NCBI GenBank assembly: GCA_036639875.1
Contig: JAVWHX010000001.1
Coordinates: 87,155-151,154 of the forward strand
Direction of reading: 5' to 3'
DNA from: Coprobacillus sp.
Lineage (GTDB): Bacteria > Bacillota_I > Bacilli_A > Erysipelotrichales > Coprobacillaceae
DNA: 64,000 nucleotides
Made by a program: the position numbers and the translations under genes. This document shows positions 12,850-22,187 of the stretch, piece after piece. The notes beneath the pieces were generated by a model. That model was not told where the DNA came from. It searched no databases and saw nothing but the letters and a program-made list of their open reading frames with translations. Position 1 is the first letter of the stretch. Each line of letters begins with the position of its first letter.

Positions 12850-14740
12850 ATTTGTTTGCTGCTACCATTAAATCACAGATTTTATTTGAAAACTCAACTG
12901 GATTTTCAATATTAAATCCTTCAATTAACAATGCTTGATCATATAACAATGATGCATAATCATTAATCTTTGCTTTATCTTTATCAAAAACATTCTTTAA
13001 TGCAATAAAGATTTGATGATCTGGATTGATTTCTAATATTCTTCCAGCTTTTACGTTTTGTCCATCTGGCATTTGACTTAAAACTTTTTCCATTTCGAAA
13101 GAAACACCATCTCCACTTACTAAACAAACTGGATGAGTTTTTAATCTTGAAGATACCTTTACATCTTGAACTTGATCTTTTAGAGCTTCTTTTAATGTTT
13201 CTAATAGATCTTTGTTATCTTCATTTAACTTATCTAATTCTTTCTTTTCATCATCACGAAGAATATCTAAATCACCTTGATTAATATTCTTAAATGCTTT
13301 TTCTTTATAATCTCTTAACATTTGTAAACAGAATTCATCAACATTATCAGTTAGATATAAAATATCAAAACCTTTATCTTTTAATGCTTCTACAGTAGGT
13401 AAATGATCAATCTTATCATTTTTTTCACCACTTACAAAATAGATTTCTTTTTGATCATCTTTCATTTTTTCAATATATTCATTTAAAGTGATTAACTTTT
13501 GTTCTGTTCCACTATAGAATAATAATAAATCTTGAAGTTTGTCTTTTAACATACCATAACTGTTATAAATACCAAACTTTAATTGTAATCCAAAGTTTTT
13601 AAAGAATTCTTCATATGATTCTCTTTCATTCTTTAACATCTTTTCTAATTCAGTTTGAATACGTTTTTCGATTTTATCAGCAATAACTTTTAATTGTTTA
13701 TCATGTTGTAACATCTCTCTAGAAATATTTAATGATAAATCTTGTGAGTCAACTAAACCTTTAATAAATCTAAAATGTTCTGGAACAAGTTCAGCTGCTT
13801 TATCCATAATAAAGACACCACGAGAATATAATTGTAATCCCTTTTCATAATCTTGAGAATAAAAGTTCATAGGTGTTTTTGAAGGAATAAATAATAATGA
13901 ATCATATGAGATTGTTCCTTCTACACTATTATGCATAACCTTTAAAGGATTAGAAAAATCATTGAATTTGTCTTGATAGAAATCATTATAATCTTCTTCA
14001 GTGATATCCTTCTTAGGTCTTTTCCATAATGGAACCATAGAATTTAATGTTTTATTTTCAATAACTTCTTCATATTCATCACTGTCTTCTTTTTTCTTAG
14101 AAGTAGATACATTCATCATAATTGGATAATGAACATAATCAGAATATTTCTTAATCAATCTTTGAATTTCATGTTGATCTAAATATTGATCATAGTTATC
14201 ATCTTCAGTATTATCTTTCAAATAAAGATTAATACGTGACCCATGATGATCGAAATCACATTCTTTAATAGTATATCCATCAGTCGTATCAGACTCCCAA
14301 ATATAACCTTTATCATCACCATATTTCTTAGAAAGAACTTCTACTTTATGTGCAACCATAAATGCTGAATAAAATCCAACACCAAATTGACCTATAATAT
14401 CAACATCATCTTGTTCTTTATCTAATTCATTTTTAAATTCAAAAGAACCAGAGTTTGCGATTGTACCCAAATGTTCTTCTAATTCTTTTCCATCCATCCC
14501 AATACCTTGATCAATAATTGATAACATTCTATGATCATTATCAATAATAATTTGAATAGATAAATCTTCTCTTGCTATTCCACTTATCTTTTCAGTTAAT
14601 GCTTTATAATATAATTTATCAGAAGCATCACTTGCATTAGATATCAATTCTCTCAAGAAAATTTCCTTGTGGGTATAGATAGAATTAATCATCAAATCTA
14701 ATAATCTTTGTGATTCAGCTTTAAATTGTTTTTTTGCCAT
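12848..14740 (-). CDS. htpG: molecular chaperone HtpG (Hsp90)
   Basis: MAKKQFKAESQRLLDLMINSIYTHKEIFLRELISNASDA N-terminal GHKL signature and GQFGVGFYSAFMVA block. GGAGA RBS before the ATG at 14738-14740. Confidence 0.95.
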   Translation of the reverse strand: MAKKQFKAESQRLLDLMINSIYTHKEIFLRELISNASDASDKLYYKALTEKISGIAREDLSIQIIIDNDHRMLSIIDQGIGMDGKELEEHLGTIANSGSFEFKNELDKEQDDVDIIGQFGVGFYSAFMVAHKVEVLSKKYGDDKGYIWESDTTDGYTIKECDFDHHGSRINLYLKDNTEDDNYDQYLDQHEIQRLIKKYSDYVHYPIMMNVSTSKKKEDSDEYEEVIENKTLNSMVPLWKRPKKDITEEDYNDFYQDKFNDFSNPLKVMHNSVEGTISYDSLLFIPSKTPMNFYSQDYEKGLQLYSRGVFIMDKAAELVPEHFRFIKGLVDSQDLSLNISREMLQHDKQLKVIADKIEKRIQTELEKMLKNERESYEEFFKNFGLQLKFGIYNSYGMLKDKLQDLLLFYSGTEQKLITLNEYIEKMKDDQKEIYFVSGEKNDKIDHLPTVEALKDKGFDILYLTDNVDEFCLQMLRDYKEKAFKNINQGDLDILRDDEKKELDKLNEDNKDLLETLKEALKDQVQDVKVSSRLKTHPVCLVSGDGVSFEMEKVLSQMPDGQNVKAGRILEINPDHQIFIALKNVFDKDKAKINDYASLLYDQALLIEGFNIENPVEFSNKICDLMVAANK

Positions 14741-14760
14741 AACATCGTCTCCTTTTATCG

Positions 14761-14787
14761 TTAGCACTCTACTAACTTATGTGCTAA
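14761..14787. promoter_or_regulatory. CIRCE-like HrcA operator 1 (htpG 5' UTR)
   Basis: TTAGCACTC-N9-ATGTGCTAA, compared with the consensus TTAGCACTC-N9-GAGTGCTAA. Confidence 0.7.
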
Positions 14788-14791
14788 CAAT

Positions 14792-14820
14792 ATCTTACAC
14801 CAATGTTTTAGCACAGTCAA
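14792..14820 (-). promoter_or_regulatory. sigma-A-type promoter of htpG
   Basis: Minus strand reads TTGACT-N17-TAAGAT. The -35 box lies inside CIRCE element 2, and CIRCE element 1 lies just downstream of the -10 box. Confidence 0.6.
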
Positions 14821-14834
14821 TACCAAAGTGCTAA
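14808..14834. promoter_or_regulatory. CIRCE-like HrcA operator 2 (overlaps the -35 box)
   Basis: TTAGCACAG-N9-AAGTGCTAA: two 9-nt arms separated by 9 nt. On the minus strand this reads TTAGCACTT-N9-CTGTGCTAA. Confidence 0.6.
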
Positions 14835-14881
14835 ATTTAGAAAAAACTAATCATACTCGCGTTTAAATATTTTCCAAATTT

Positions 14882-15550
14882 CTATTTTATACATTGATAA
14901 CTTTTATCAATTAAACTAAACAATTCTTCATCTTTAATACTTTCATCTAAACAAATTGTATACCAATGTTTTTTATTCATATGATATGCCTTCAAGTAAT
15001 TATCTTTATCTAAATAATTTTCAACATTTTCAGGACTATCCTTTAAATCAATGATTTCAATGTTTCCATGATCAGAACAACCCAATTTACTCTTATCAAT
15101 TATCATCATAATAGCAAACCACTTATGATTATCTTTTCTACGAAAAGCAGCTGAATCAGAAGACTTCTCCCATAAGAATTCTGCCTCAATATCATAAGTA
15201 TCTTTTATATAATGAAGTACTCTTCTGCTTTGTTTGGCTTTATAAACTTCAACATTAAAACACTTATCAGAAATATCAATCAAAACTTTCTCACAAGCAT
15301 CACGAATTGTACCTACAAAATCACCATGTGCATTTTGTACATGTACAAGCGCATACTCTTCGTTTGTATCTGTTTCATAAACTTTGTAAGATACAGTTCC
15401 AGTATTTGCTATAGTAACAATAATATTAAATTGATTTTGCATAATATCAAAACTTTTTCTATAACAATGTTCTGATAACTCAAAACCATTGTTAACTAAT
15501 TTTTCCTGATTAGGTTTTTTATGTCTAAAAATTGATTCTATGTCTATCAT
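14882..15550 (-). CDS. MmcQ/YjbR-family protein with extra N-terminal domain
   Basis: C-terminal half (KWFAIMMIIDKSKLG ... YHMNKKHWYTICLD) matches the YjbR/MmcQ fold signature. Confidence 0.65.
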   Translation of the reverse strand: MIDIESIFRHKKPNQEKLVNNGFELSEHCYRKSFDIMQNQFNIIVTIANTGTVSYKVYETDTNEEYALVHVQNAHGDFVGTIRDACEKVLIDISDKCFNVEVYKAKQSRRVLHYIKDTYDIEAEFLWEKSSDSAAFRRKDNHKWFAIMMIIDKSKLGCSDHGNIEIIDLKDSPENVENYLDKDNYLKAYHMNKKHWYTICLDESIKDEELFSLIDKSYQCIK

Positions 15551-15640
15551 ATACCCTCCTAATAAATCAAGATATTGTTTCTCTTCAACAACTCCTTAAT
15601 ATCTGTATTAAGCTTGTCTGCATACCTCATTCATCCTACT

Positions 15641-16465
15641 TTATAAATGATATTCTTTTCTTACTTTATTAATCTTTTGATAAAGTTCTTTTTTATAAGC
15701 ACTTTTTGATTCTTTGTTTGAATAAAGATAAGAAAGTTTTTGATATAAATCTTGATTATATTCTTTAATATGATTTAAAAAATATGGGCGTGTTTTTCCT
15801 CTTAAATACATAGTTCCTGGGACAATTGCTTCAACACCTATTTGAGATGCAATTTCATAGATAGCTTTTATATTCTCATAAGAATCATTCATATAAGGAA
15901 CAATTGGCATCATTAATACTGAAATGTGAGCATGTGTTTTTTGGTTGAGTATTTGTAGAGTTTTCATTCTATCAAAACTTGTTGAAGAATAAGGTTCTAA
16001 AACTTTTCTTACTTTTTCATCAGCACAAGTAATACTACATTCTATTTGAACTTCAGTAACTTGAGAAAGTTCTTCTATTAAATCTATATCCCTTAAAATT
16101 AATTTTGATTTTGTAGAGATATTGATTGGATTTTTATATTTAATCATAAGTTTCAAAACATCTCTCATTATACCTAATTCTTTTTCAGCAGGTTGATAGC
16201 TATCGCTTACACTACCAAAGTTTATCATAGCTTTTTTCCATTTAGGTGAAGAAAGCTCTTTTTCTAATATCTCACAAAAATTTTCTTTATAATAAACATG
16301 ATTAAAGAACTCTTTATCATCTAAATAGCTATGAGAATATATTGCATAACAATAAATACAACCATGTTCACATCCGCGATAAATATTTGCATCATAATCA
16401 TATGGTGTTTGTTTGTGTTTTACACTTCTTATAACACTTTTACATTGTATTGGTATATATTTCAT
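15641..16465 (-). CDS. radical SAM protein, SplB/COG1533-like (paralogue 1)
   Basis: CEHGCIYC (CX3CX2C) cluster motif about 30 aa from the N-terminus. 274 aa. GAGGTGGG RBS. Confidence 0.8.
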   Translation of the reverse strand: MKYIPIQCKSVIRSVKHKQTPYDYDANIYRGCEHGCIYCYAIYSHSYLDDKEFFNHVYYKENFCEILEKELSSPKWKKAMINFGSVSDSYQPAEKELGIMRDVLKLMIKYKNPINISTKSKLILRDIDLIEELSQVTEVQIECSITCADEKVRKVLEPYSSTSFDRMKTLQILNQKTHAHISVLMMPIVPYMNDSYENIKAIYEIASQIGVEAIVPGTMYLRGKTRPYFLNHIKEYNQDLYQKLSYLYSNKESKSAYKKELYQKINKVRKEYHL

Positions 16466-16519
16466 ATTCCCACCTCACATTGATTATAACATAAGAAAAA
16501 GAATGAGAACATTCTCATT

Positions 16520-17788
16520 CTAATCTTTTGGTAATAATAAATTAAGTAACACTCCTACAATAGCAGCTAGAGCAGTACCAGATAAAGTCGCACTACCACC
16601 AAGTGGGAACATCGCTCCACCCAAACCAATAACAAGCATTGCAGAAGCAATAATCAAGTTTCTTTGTTTAGAAAAATCAACTTGAGCATCAATTAAAATT
16701 CTTAATCCATTACTTGCTATAACACCATATAATAAGATACTCATACCACCTAATACACAAACTGGTATAGAACCAATAAATGCTGATATTTTTCCACAAA
16801 ATGATAAGATAATTGCAATCACTGCAGCACCACACGTCACATAAACTGATCCAATTTTTGTTAGACCAATCACCCCTGTATTCTCACCATACGTCGTATT
16901 GGCAGGTCCACCTAAAAATGCTGATACAGCAGTAGCAACTCCATCACCTATTAATGTCTTTTCCAATCCAGGGTTTTTCAAGAAATTCTTCCCACAAATC
17001 TTCCCTAACACAGTATGATCACCAATATGTTCAGAAATAGTTACAATCGCTACAGGTAAAATTGCCCATGTCTCTGGCCCAAAATGTAAAGAGTATTCTC
17101 TAAATCCTGGAACCGAAAACGGAAATGAAAACTCTGGAACTGACAACCAGGCTGCCTTAGCAACACTTGTAAAATCAACCAATCCAAAACAAATAGATAC
17201 TATATACCCAACAATAATAGCGACTAAAAATGGAACTATCTTTAAGAAACCTTTTGCTTTACTTGAAATAAGTGCAGCAACTAAAAAAGTTATAATTGCA
17301 ACAACCATAGAAGTCATTTGTCCATCTTTGACAAATCCAGCATTTGTTACAGCATTAGAAGCTAATCCCAATCCAATAACAGCAATCATTGGTCCAATAA
17401 CAATTGGAGGTAATAGCTTATCAATCCATCCTTTTCCCGTAAACTTAATAATAATAGCCACAATAACATATATCATCCCTACCATCATCAAACCCGTTTG
17501 AGCAGCTGATATATCTCCACCCATTGCCTTCACAGCCAATACAACAGCAGTAATATATGCAAAAGATGATCCTAGATATACAGGTACTTTTCCTTTTGTA
17601 AAAAAAGTATATATTAGTGTTCCAATCCCTGAAGCAAATAACGCTACTGAAACTGGAAAACCAGTCAATGTAGGAACAAGAATAGTTGCTCCAAACATTG
17701 CAAAAACATGTTGAAAACTTAAGAATAACCATTGCCACCCAGCTGGCTTTTCATTAACATCAACAATCAAAGTCTTTTCTTCATTCAT
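16520..17788 (-). CDS. NCS2-family uracil/xanthine permease
   Basis: Polytopic protein with QHVFAMFGATILVP, GSSFAY and GENTGVIGLT motifs typical of uracil/xanthine permeases. GGGGAG RBS before MNEEKT. Confidence 0.85.
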   Translation of the reverse strand: MNEEKTLIVDVNEKPAGWQWLFLSFQHVFAMFGATILVPTLTGFPVSVALFASGIGTLIYTFFTKGKVPVYLGSSFAYITAVVLAVKAMGGDISAAQTGLMMVGMIYVIVAIIIKFTGKGWIDKLLPPIVIGPMIAVIGLGLASNAVTNAGFVKDGQMTSMVVAIITFLVAALISSKAKGFLKIVPFLVAIIVGYIVSICFGLVDFTSVAKAAWLSVPEFSFPFSVPGFREYSLHFGPETWAILPVAIVTISEHIGDHTVLGKICGKNFLKNPGLEKTLIGDGVATAVSAFLGGPANTTYGENTGVIGLTKIGSVYVTCGAAVIAIILSFCGKISAFIGSIPVCVLGGMSILLYGVIASNGLRILIDAQVDFSKQRNLIIASAMLVIGLGGAMFPLGGSATLSGTALAAIVGVLLNLLLPKD

Positions 17789-17861
17789 TTTCTCCCCTAC
17801 TTTCATAAATTTAATAATATCAAATTATACTGTTTAAGTCTAAACTTATTTTCACTAAATA

Positions 17862-17891
17862 ACAAAAGAACCGTTTAAGATCAAACGGTTC
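17862..17891 (-). terminator. rho-independent terminator after the GH1 gene
   Basis: Perfect 9-bp stem GAACCGTTT/AAACGGTTC with a 6-nt loop, followed on the minus strand by TTTTGTT. Confidence 0.65.
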
Positions 17892-17897
17892 ACTTTA

Positions 17898-19283
17898 TTA
17901 ATCTAAGTTTTCTCCATTAGATTCAAACGCTTTTTTAACCCAGTAGAAAGATTTCTTAGGTACACGTCTTAAATCTTTTAAATCTTTGTTTTCACGATTG
18001 ACATAAACAAAACCATAACGTTTAGACATATCACACATACTTGCAGGGATATCAATTGGTCCCCAAGTCACATAACCTAAACAGTCTACACCATCTTCAA
18101 ACATTGCATTTTCCATTTCTTTGATATGTTCTCTATGATATGAAATACGGTAATCATCTTCAATAGTTCCATTAGCGTCTAATTCTTCACGCCAACCAAT
18201 ACCATTTTCTAAGATAAATACTGGTAAATCACTTCTGTTATATAAATCATTCATTGTCCATCTTAATCCAACTGGATCAATTTCCCAGTTCCATTCATTT
18301 GCTTCTAAGTTAGGATTTTGAATTGTATATTCAGAAACAACTTCATGATAAGGACGAGTCATATCAAACTCCCCTTCTTTTAAAGTATTAGAACGATAAT
18401 AACTAAATGCAATATAGTCAACTGTATAATTTAATAAATCATCATCTTCTTTTTCAAAAGTAGGCATCCATCCTCTATTTTCCAAATAAGCAATCATATA
18501 ATCAGGATATCTTCCTTTTGCAAAAACATCACAATGGAATCCATTCATATATTGGTAAGCTTGCCAAGCAAACATGTTATTCTTTGGTGTGTTAGAATAT
18601 GGATAAATATTTGTAACAGCATTCATACCACAGAAATAAGCATCTGGTTGCATTTTTCTTAGTGCTCTAACAGCCTTACAATGAGCAATAAACACATTAT
18701 GATTCACTTGATATAAATGTTTAGCTGGATCTACACCTTCAGGTACTTCTTCAGCATTTGATACTCTTAACATCATACCATGTAAGTTTTGTTCATTAAA
18801 ACTCATCCAATGTTTAACTCTATCTCCAAATCTTTCAATACATACTTCAGCATATCTTTCAAAACAATCAACAACATATCTTGATGCAAAACCATTGTAT
18901 TCTTTAACCAAATGGTATGGCATATCAAAATGAACTAAAGTAATCATTGGTTCAATTCCAGCAGCTAATAATTTATCAATTAAATCATTATAGAATTTAA
19001 CCCCTTCTTCATTCACTTCTTCATCTAAAGTTCCATTAGGAATAATTCTTGACCAACAAATTGAAAAACGATAAAAATTAAATCCCATTTCTTTCATTAA
19101 CGCAATATCTTCATCATAACGATGATAAGCATCAATCGCAACATTCCAATCACCAAACTCAGGTTTCATTGGTCTTACATCATAAATACATAATCCCTTT
19201 CCGCCTTCATCTCTCGCTCCTTCAGTTTGAAATGATGAAACAGATCCACCCCAATAAAAATTCTCTGGCATTTTTCTTTCCAT
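17898..19283 (-). CDS. glycoside hydrolase family 1 (6-phospho-beta-glucosidase type)
   Basis: Acid/base NEQN motif (WMSFNEQN) and nucleophile ILENG motif. FYWGG N-terminus. AAGGAGGA RBS. Confidence 0.9.
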   Translation of the reverse strand: MERKMPENFYWGGSVSSFQTEGARDEGGKGLCIYDVRPMKPEFGDWNVAIDAYHRYDEDIALMKEMGFNFYRFSICWSRIIPNGTLDEEVNEEGVKFYNDLIDKLLAAGIEPMITLVHFDMPYHLVKEYNGFASRYVVDCFERYAEVCIERFGDRVKHWMSFNEQNLHGMMLRVSNAEEVPEGVDPAKHLYQVNHNVFIAHCKAVRALRKMQPDAYFCGMNAVTNIYPYSNTPKNNMFAWQAYQYMNGFHCDVFAKGRYPDYMIAYLENRGWMPTFEKEDDDLLNYTVDYIAFSYYRSNTLKEGEFDMTRPYHEVVSEYTIQNPNLEANEWNWEIDPVGLRWTMNDLYNRSDLPVFILENGIGWREELDANGTIEDDYRISYHREHIKEMENAMFEDGVDCLGYVTWGPIDIPASMCDMSKRYGFVYVNRENKDLKDLRRVPKKSFYWVKKAFESNGENLD

Positions 19284-19441
19284 GTATAAACGTCCTCCTT
19301 ATATACCTGTACCCATTGTATTGAAAATAGCTACAAGAGTAAAGACATACAATACACTTTATAAATACGTTTCATAATTTATAATTATTATCAATATTTT
19401 ATGAAACTTATTTTCACAAAAAAGCCATCATTATGATATCT

Positions 19442-20485
19442 TTATTGAACAACATCATTTAATCTTAACAACAAACTTTTCTCTTCATTATATATATCAT
19501 TAATAATACTAGATATATCTTTTAACAATTCTCTATTTAATGTTTCGGATAATTCCCAAAACATACTTGCAATACCATCCCATTTTAAAGACACATCATG
19601 ATATTGAATTCCGATATCTTTCAAATCTTGGATGTTCGTTATAAGACTTGCTTCAATTAAAAAATCACCATACATCTTTCTAAAGATACCGCCACCAGTT
19701 CCACCATCTGCACTTATCTGAAAATAATTCGTAATTGCTGCAGTTTTCAATCGGCTATCATCAAACACATTCCATTTTATAACTTCTTTAGAAAACTTCC
19801 TGATACCATTTAACCCTAATAATTGAGCAGGAGCATTTAACATCCCTTGACATGCTTCTTGAACTGCTGAAAAAATCATCGTCTCTGTAATCAAAACAGG
19901 TTGTTCTATCTTGATATCAAGGTATTTATTTTGAGCAGGAAATGGTCTATAAGAACTACTACGTGCTTGTTCTAATTCACTATAATCAATACAGTGATAA
20001 TCCTTTGATATATTTCCTTTAGGTGTTCTTATTGGATAATCAGAATTATCTCTATCACTTATATAAAATTTTTCATTCTCATCATCATACCCAATCAATA
20101 CAACTGCATGACCACCAAAATGACTATTCTTATTTAAATTCAAATAACCAAGATATGGCATATCAACATATATTAACACAGGTTTGTTTTCATTTAAAAG
20201 TTGGATTGATTTTTGAAACGCAACGTTGTATTCTTTACTTTTCTTACACTTGATTTGAATATTTAATCTTTTTGCTAGAGTATCCTCAAAAACAAAAGGC
20301 TTTGTTCTTCCAGAAACCATTGGTGATGTATGTAGATTAATATAACAAAATGATGAACCAGCTCCAAGTCCAAAGATCATTTCTTCACTCATTGTACAAC
20401 CATGATAATCAAATACTTGCTTTAATGCAGTTGTTATACAATGCTTACCCCCACTTGTACAAAATCCATCAACAATTTTTTTCAT
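19442..20485 (-). CDS. BtrH-N/DUF4872-like protein (papain-like fold family), function unknown
   Basis: N-terminus GKHCITTALKQVFDYHG ... FGLGAG resembles the butirosin BtrH N-terminal domain family. Recognised by pattern only. Confidence 0.45.
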   Translation of the reverse strand: MKKIVDGFCTSGGKHCITTALKQVFDYHGCTMSEEMIFGLGAGSSFCYINLHTSPMVSGRTKPFVFEDTLAKRLNIQIKCKKSKEYNVAFQKSIQLLNENKPVLIYVDMPYLGYLNLNKNSHFGGHAVVLIGYDDENEKFYISDRDNSDYPIRTPKGNISKDYHCIDYSELEQARSSSYRPFPAQNKYLDIKIEQPVLITETMIFSAVQEACQGMLNAPAQLLGLNGIRKFSKEVIKWNVFDDSRLKTAAITNYFQISADGGTGGGIFRKMYGDFLIEASLITNIQDLKDIGIQYHDVSLKWDGIASMFWELSETLNRELLKDISSIINDIYNEEKSLLLRLNDVVQ

Positions 20486-20814
20486 TATTCCACCTTCACT
20501 TTCTTCTTTTTAGGAATTGGTAAAGGCGTTACTTCTTCTAAACGTGTCAAAACTTCATAACACAAAGCACGATCATCAATATCCAAAACAAAGTGCTCTT
20601 TCGCCCCTTTATAAGGACATCCTCTATCAGCATTTCTCATTAATGCTTCTATACAATCAAGCATTTTCACATAGACAGTATTATCGCATACCAATATAAT
20701 AGGCTTATCATTCACATAAATCATATATTCACCAAACATCTTCTTATATCTTAAAATTCCTATACCTTTTATTTGATCACATACATATTCTATATATTCT
20801 TTATCACTCGCCAT
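20485..20814 (-). CDS. TfoX N-terminal-domain protein
   Basis: 109 aa. EYIEYVCDQI...RYKKMFGEYMIYVNDKPIILVCDNTVYVK is typical of the TfoX_N domain. Confidence 0.55.
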   Translation of the reverse strand: MASDKEYIEYVCDQIKGIGILRYKKMFGEYMIYVNDKPIILVCDNTVYVKMLDCIEALMRNADRGCPYKGAKEHFVLDIDDRALCYEVLTRLEEVTPLPIPKKKKVKVE

Positions 20815-20824
20815 AAAGTTCTCC

Positions 20825-21088
20825 TTACTCTTTCATACACCATTTTTTGCATTGTTCAATCCTTTTTCCTTCATCACCTTGTTTTTCATCATAAGCAAAT
20901 TGCTTTAATAAATCACAAGGAAATTGATGACACAAACCACAATGATCATGTTTCTTTTCTTGACAACATGTTTGAAGAGGACACATATCTCCCCAAAAAG
21001 GCTTCTCAATATTAATACATCCTTGACAATTTATTTGTACACGATATTGACATTCATTACATTTTAAACCACATCTTGACTCTATCAT
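20825..21088 (-). CDS. small cysteine-rich protein (DUF3795-like)
   Basis: 87 aa. CGLKCNEC ... CQGC ... C..QTCC ... HCGLC pattern. Confidence 0.55.
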   Translation of the reverse strand: MIESRCGLKCNECQYRVQINCQGCINIEKPFWGDMCPLQTCCQEKKHDHCGLCHQFPCDLLKQFAYDEKQGDEGKRIEQCKKWCMKE

Positions 21089-21156
21089 ACCTTCTCATCC
21101 ATCTCTTGATGGATAAATCATAACATAAGGAAGTTGACAACTGTCTGTCAGCATTC

Positions 21157-22056
21157 TTAATATTTCTCAAATAATAATTTTGCTTGTTCTTTTAAATCTT
21201 GTCGATATTCTTTTGGTTCAATAAGTTCAGCTTTGTTTCCAAAACTTAAAACCCAACTTAATAAATAATCTTTATTTGTAAAACCAAATTCAAAAAGTAA
21301 TCGTCCATTATCTAATTCTTTATAACAATCTCTTCCATATTCTTCAATCAATTGATATTCAACACTCTTATCAAATAATATAGTGACCTTTATATCATCA
21401 GTAAAAAACTGATTAAAATCATAATGATCATCAGGAATATCTTCCATTTCAAATAACTTATCTGTTATGTTTAAATCCCAAAGTCTATTTAATTTAAATA
21501 ATCTCATTTCATTTTTTTCATTATCAAACCCCAATATATACCAATGAGACCATTTAAAAACAATGAAATAAGGATTTACAGTAACATCTCTTTGGCCTTT
21601 TTTATTATAGTAATGAAATGTAACTTTATATGTATTTTCAATAGCTTGTTGTAATAATTCTATCTTTGGTGCTAATGAATCTTTATAATGTGAAGATAAA
21701 TCCATCATCATATGTGAAGTTGTATAAAGGTTATTTTCACTTATAAATAGCTTATTCATAATCCTTTGATACTTTTGATCACTAGAAATACTATCGAGAC
21801 TAGACAGTCCTGCAATAATAGAATTTAACTCTTGTTCATTAAATAATCGTTTATCTATTTTATAATCCTCATCTATCATTAATCCCCCTTGACTTCCTGG
21901 AATTGTGAGAACTGGAATACCAGCTAAACAAATATCTATAATATCTCTATAAATAGTACGCTTTGATACTTCAAACTTATCTGCCAAATAAGTAGCTGTA
22001 ACTTTCTTGTTTTGTAGTAAAACCATAATAATACCAATCAATCTTTCTATCTTCAT
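21157..22056 (-). CDS. YafY-type transcriptional regulator (HTH plus WYL domain)
   Basis: N-terminal HTH (VTATYLADKFEVSKRTIYRDI) and a central WYL-like block (PYFIVFKWSHWYILGFD). Confidence 0.75.
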   Translation of the reverse strand: MKIERLIGIIMVLLQNKKVTATYLADKFEVSKRTIYRDIIDICLAGIPVLTIPGSQGGLMIDEDYKIDKRLFNEQELNSIIAGLSSLDSISSDQKYQRIMNKLFISENNLYTTSHMMMDLSSHYKDSLAPKIELLQQAIENTYKVTFHYYNKKGQRDVTVNPYFIVFKWSHWYILGFDNEKNEMRLFKLNRLWDLNITDKLFEMEDIPDDHYDFNQFFTDDIKVTILFDKSVEYQLIEEYGRDCYKELDNGRLLFEFGFTNKDYLLSWVLSFGNKAELIEPKEYRQDLKEQAKLLFEKY

Positions 22057-22120
22057 AAAAACACCCCTCTCCTCATTTTAACTTATCTTTATATATTTTC
22101 AATATTTATATCTAGGGGGG

Positions 22121-22148
22121 TTGCAAATTTGAGTCAATTCTTTAAAAT
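22121..22148 (+). promoter_or_regulatory. sigma-A-type promoter of the TetR/ABC-2 operon
   Basis: TTGCAA-N16-TAAAAT. Confidence 0.55.
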
Positions 22149-22170
22149 GTAATTGACTAGATGAGTCAAT
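22132..22170. promoter_or_regulatory. candidate TetR operator half-sites
   Basis: AGTCAAT (22132-22138), ATTGACT (22152-22158) and AGTCAAT (22164-22170). The last two form a perfect 7-bp inverted repeat with a 5-nt spacer between the -10 box and the RBS. Confidence 0.5.
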
Positions 22171-22187
22171 AAGAAATGAGGGATATT

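Noticed and set aside
17445-17738. Same-strand alternative-frame ORFs (17445-17738, 24111-24299, 29117-29308, 59311-59514)
   Set aside because: They are embedded out of frame in longer genes that have clear family signatures. There is no independent translation signal.
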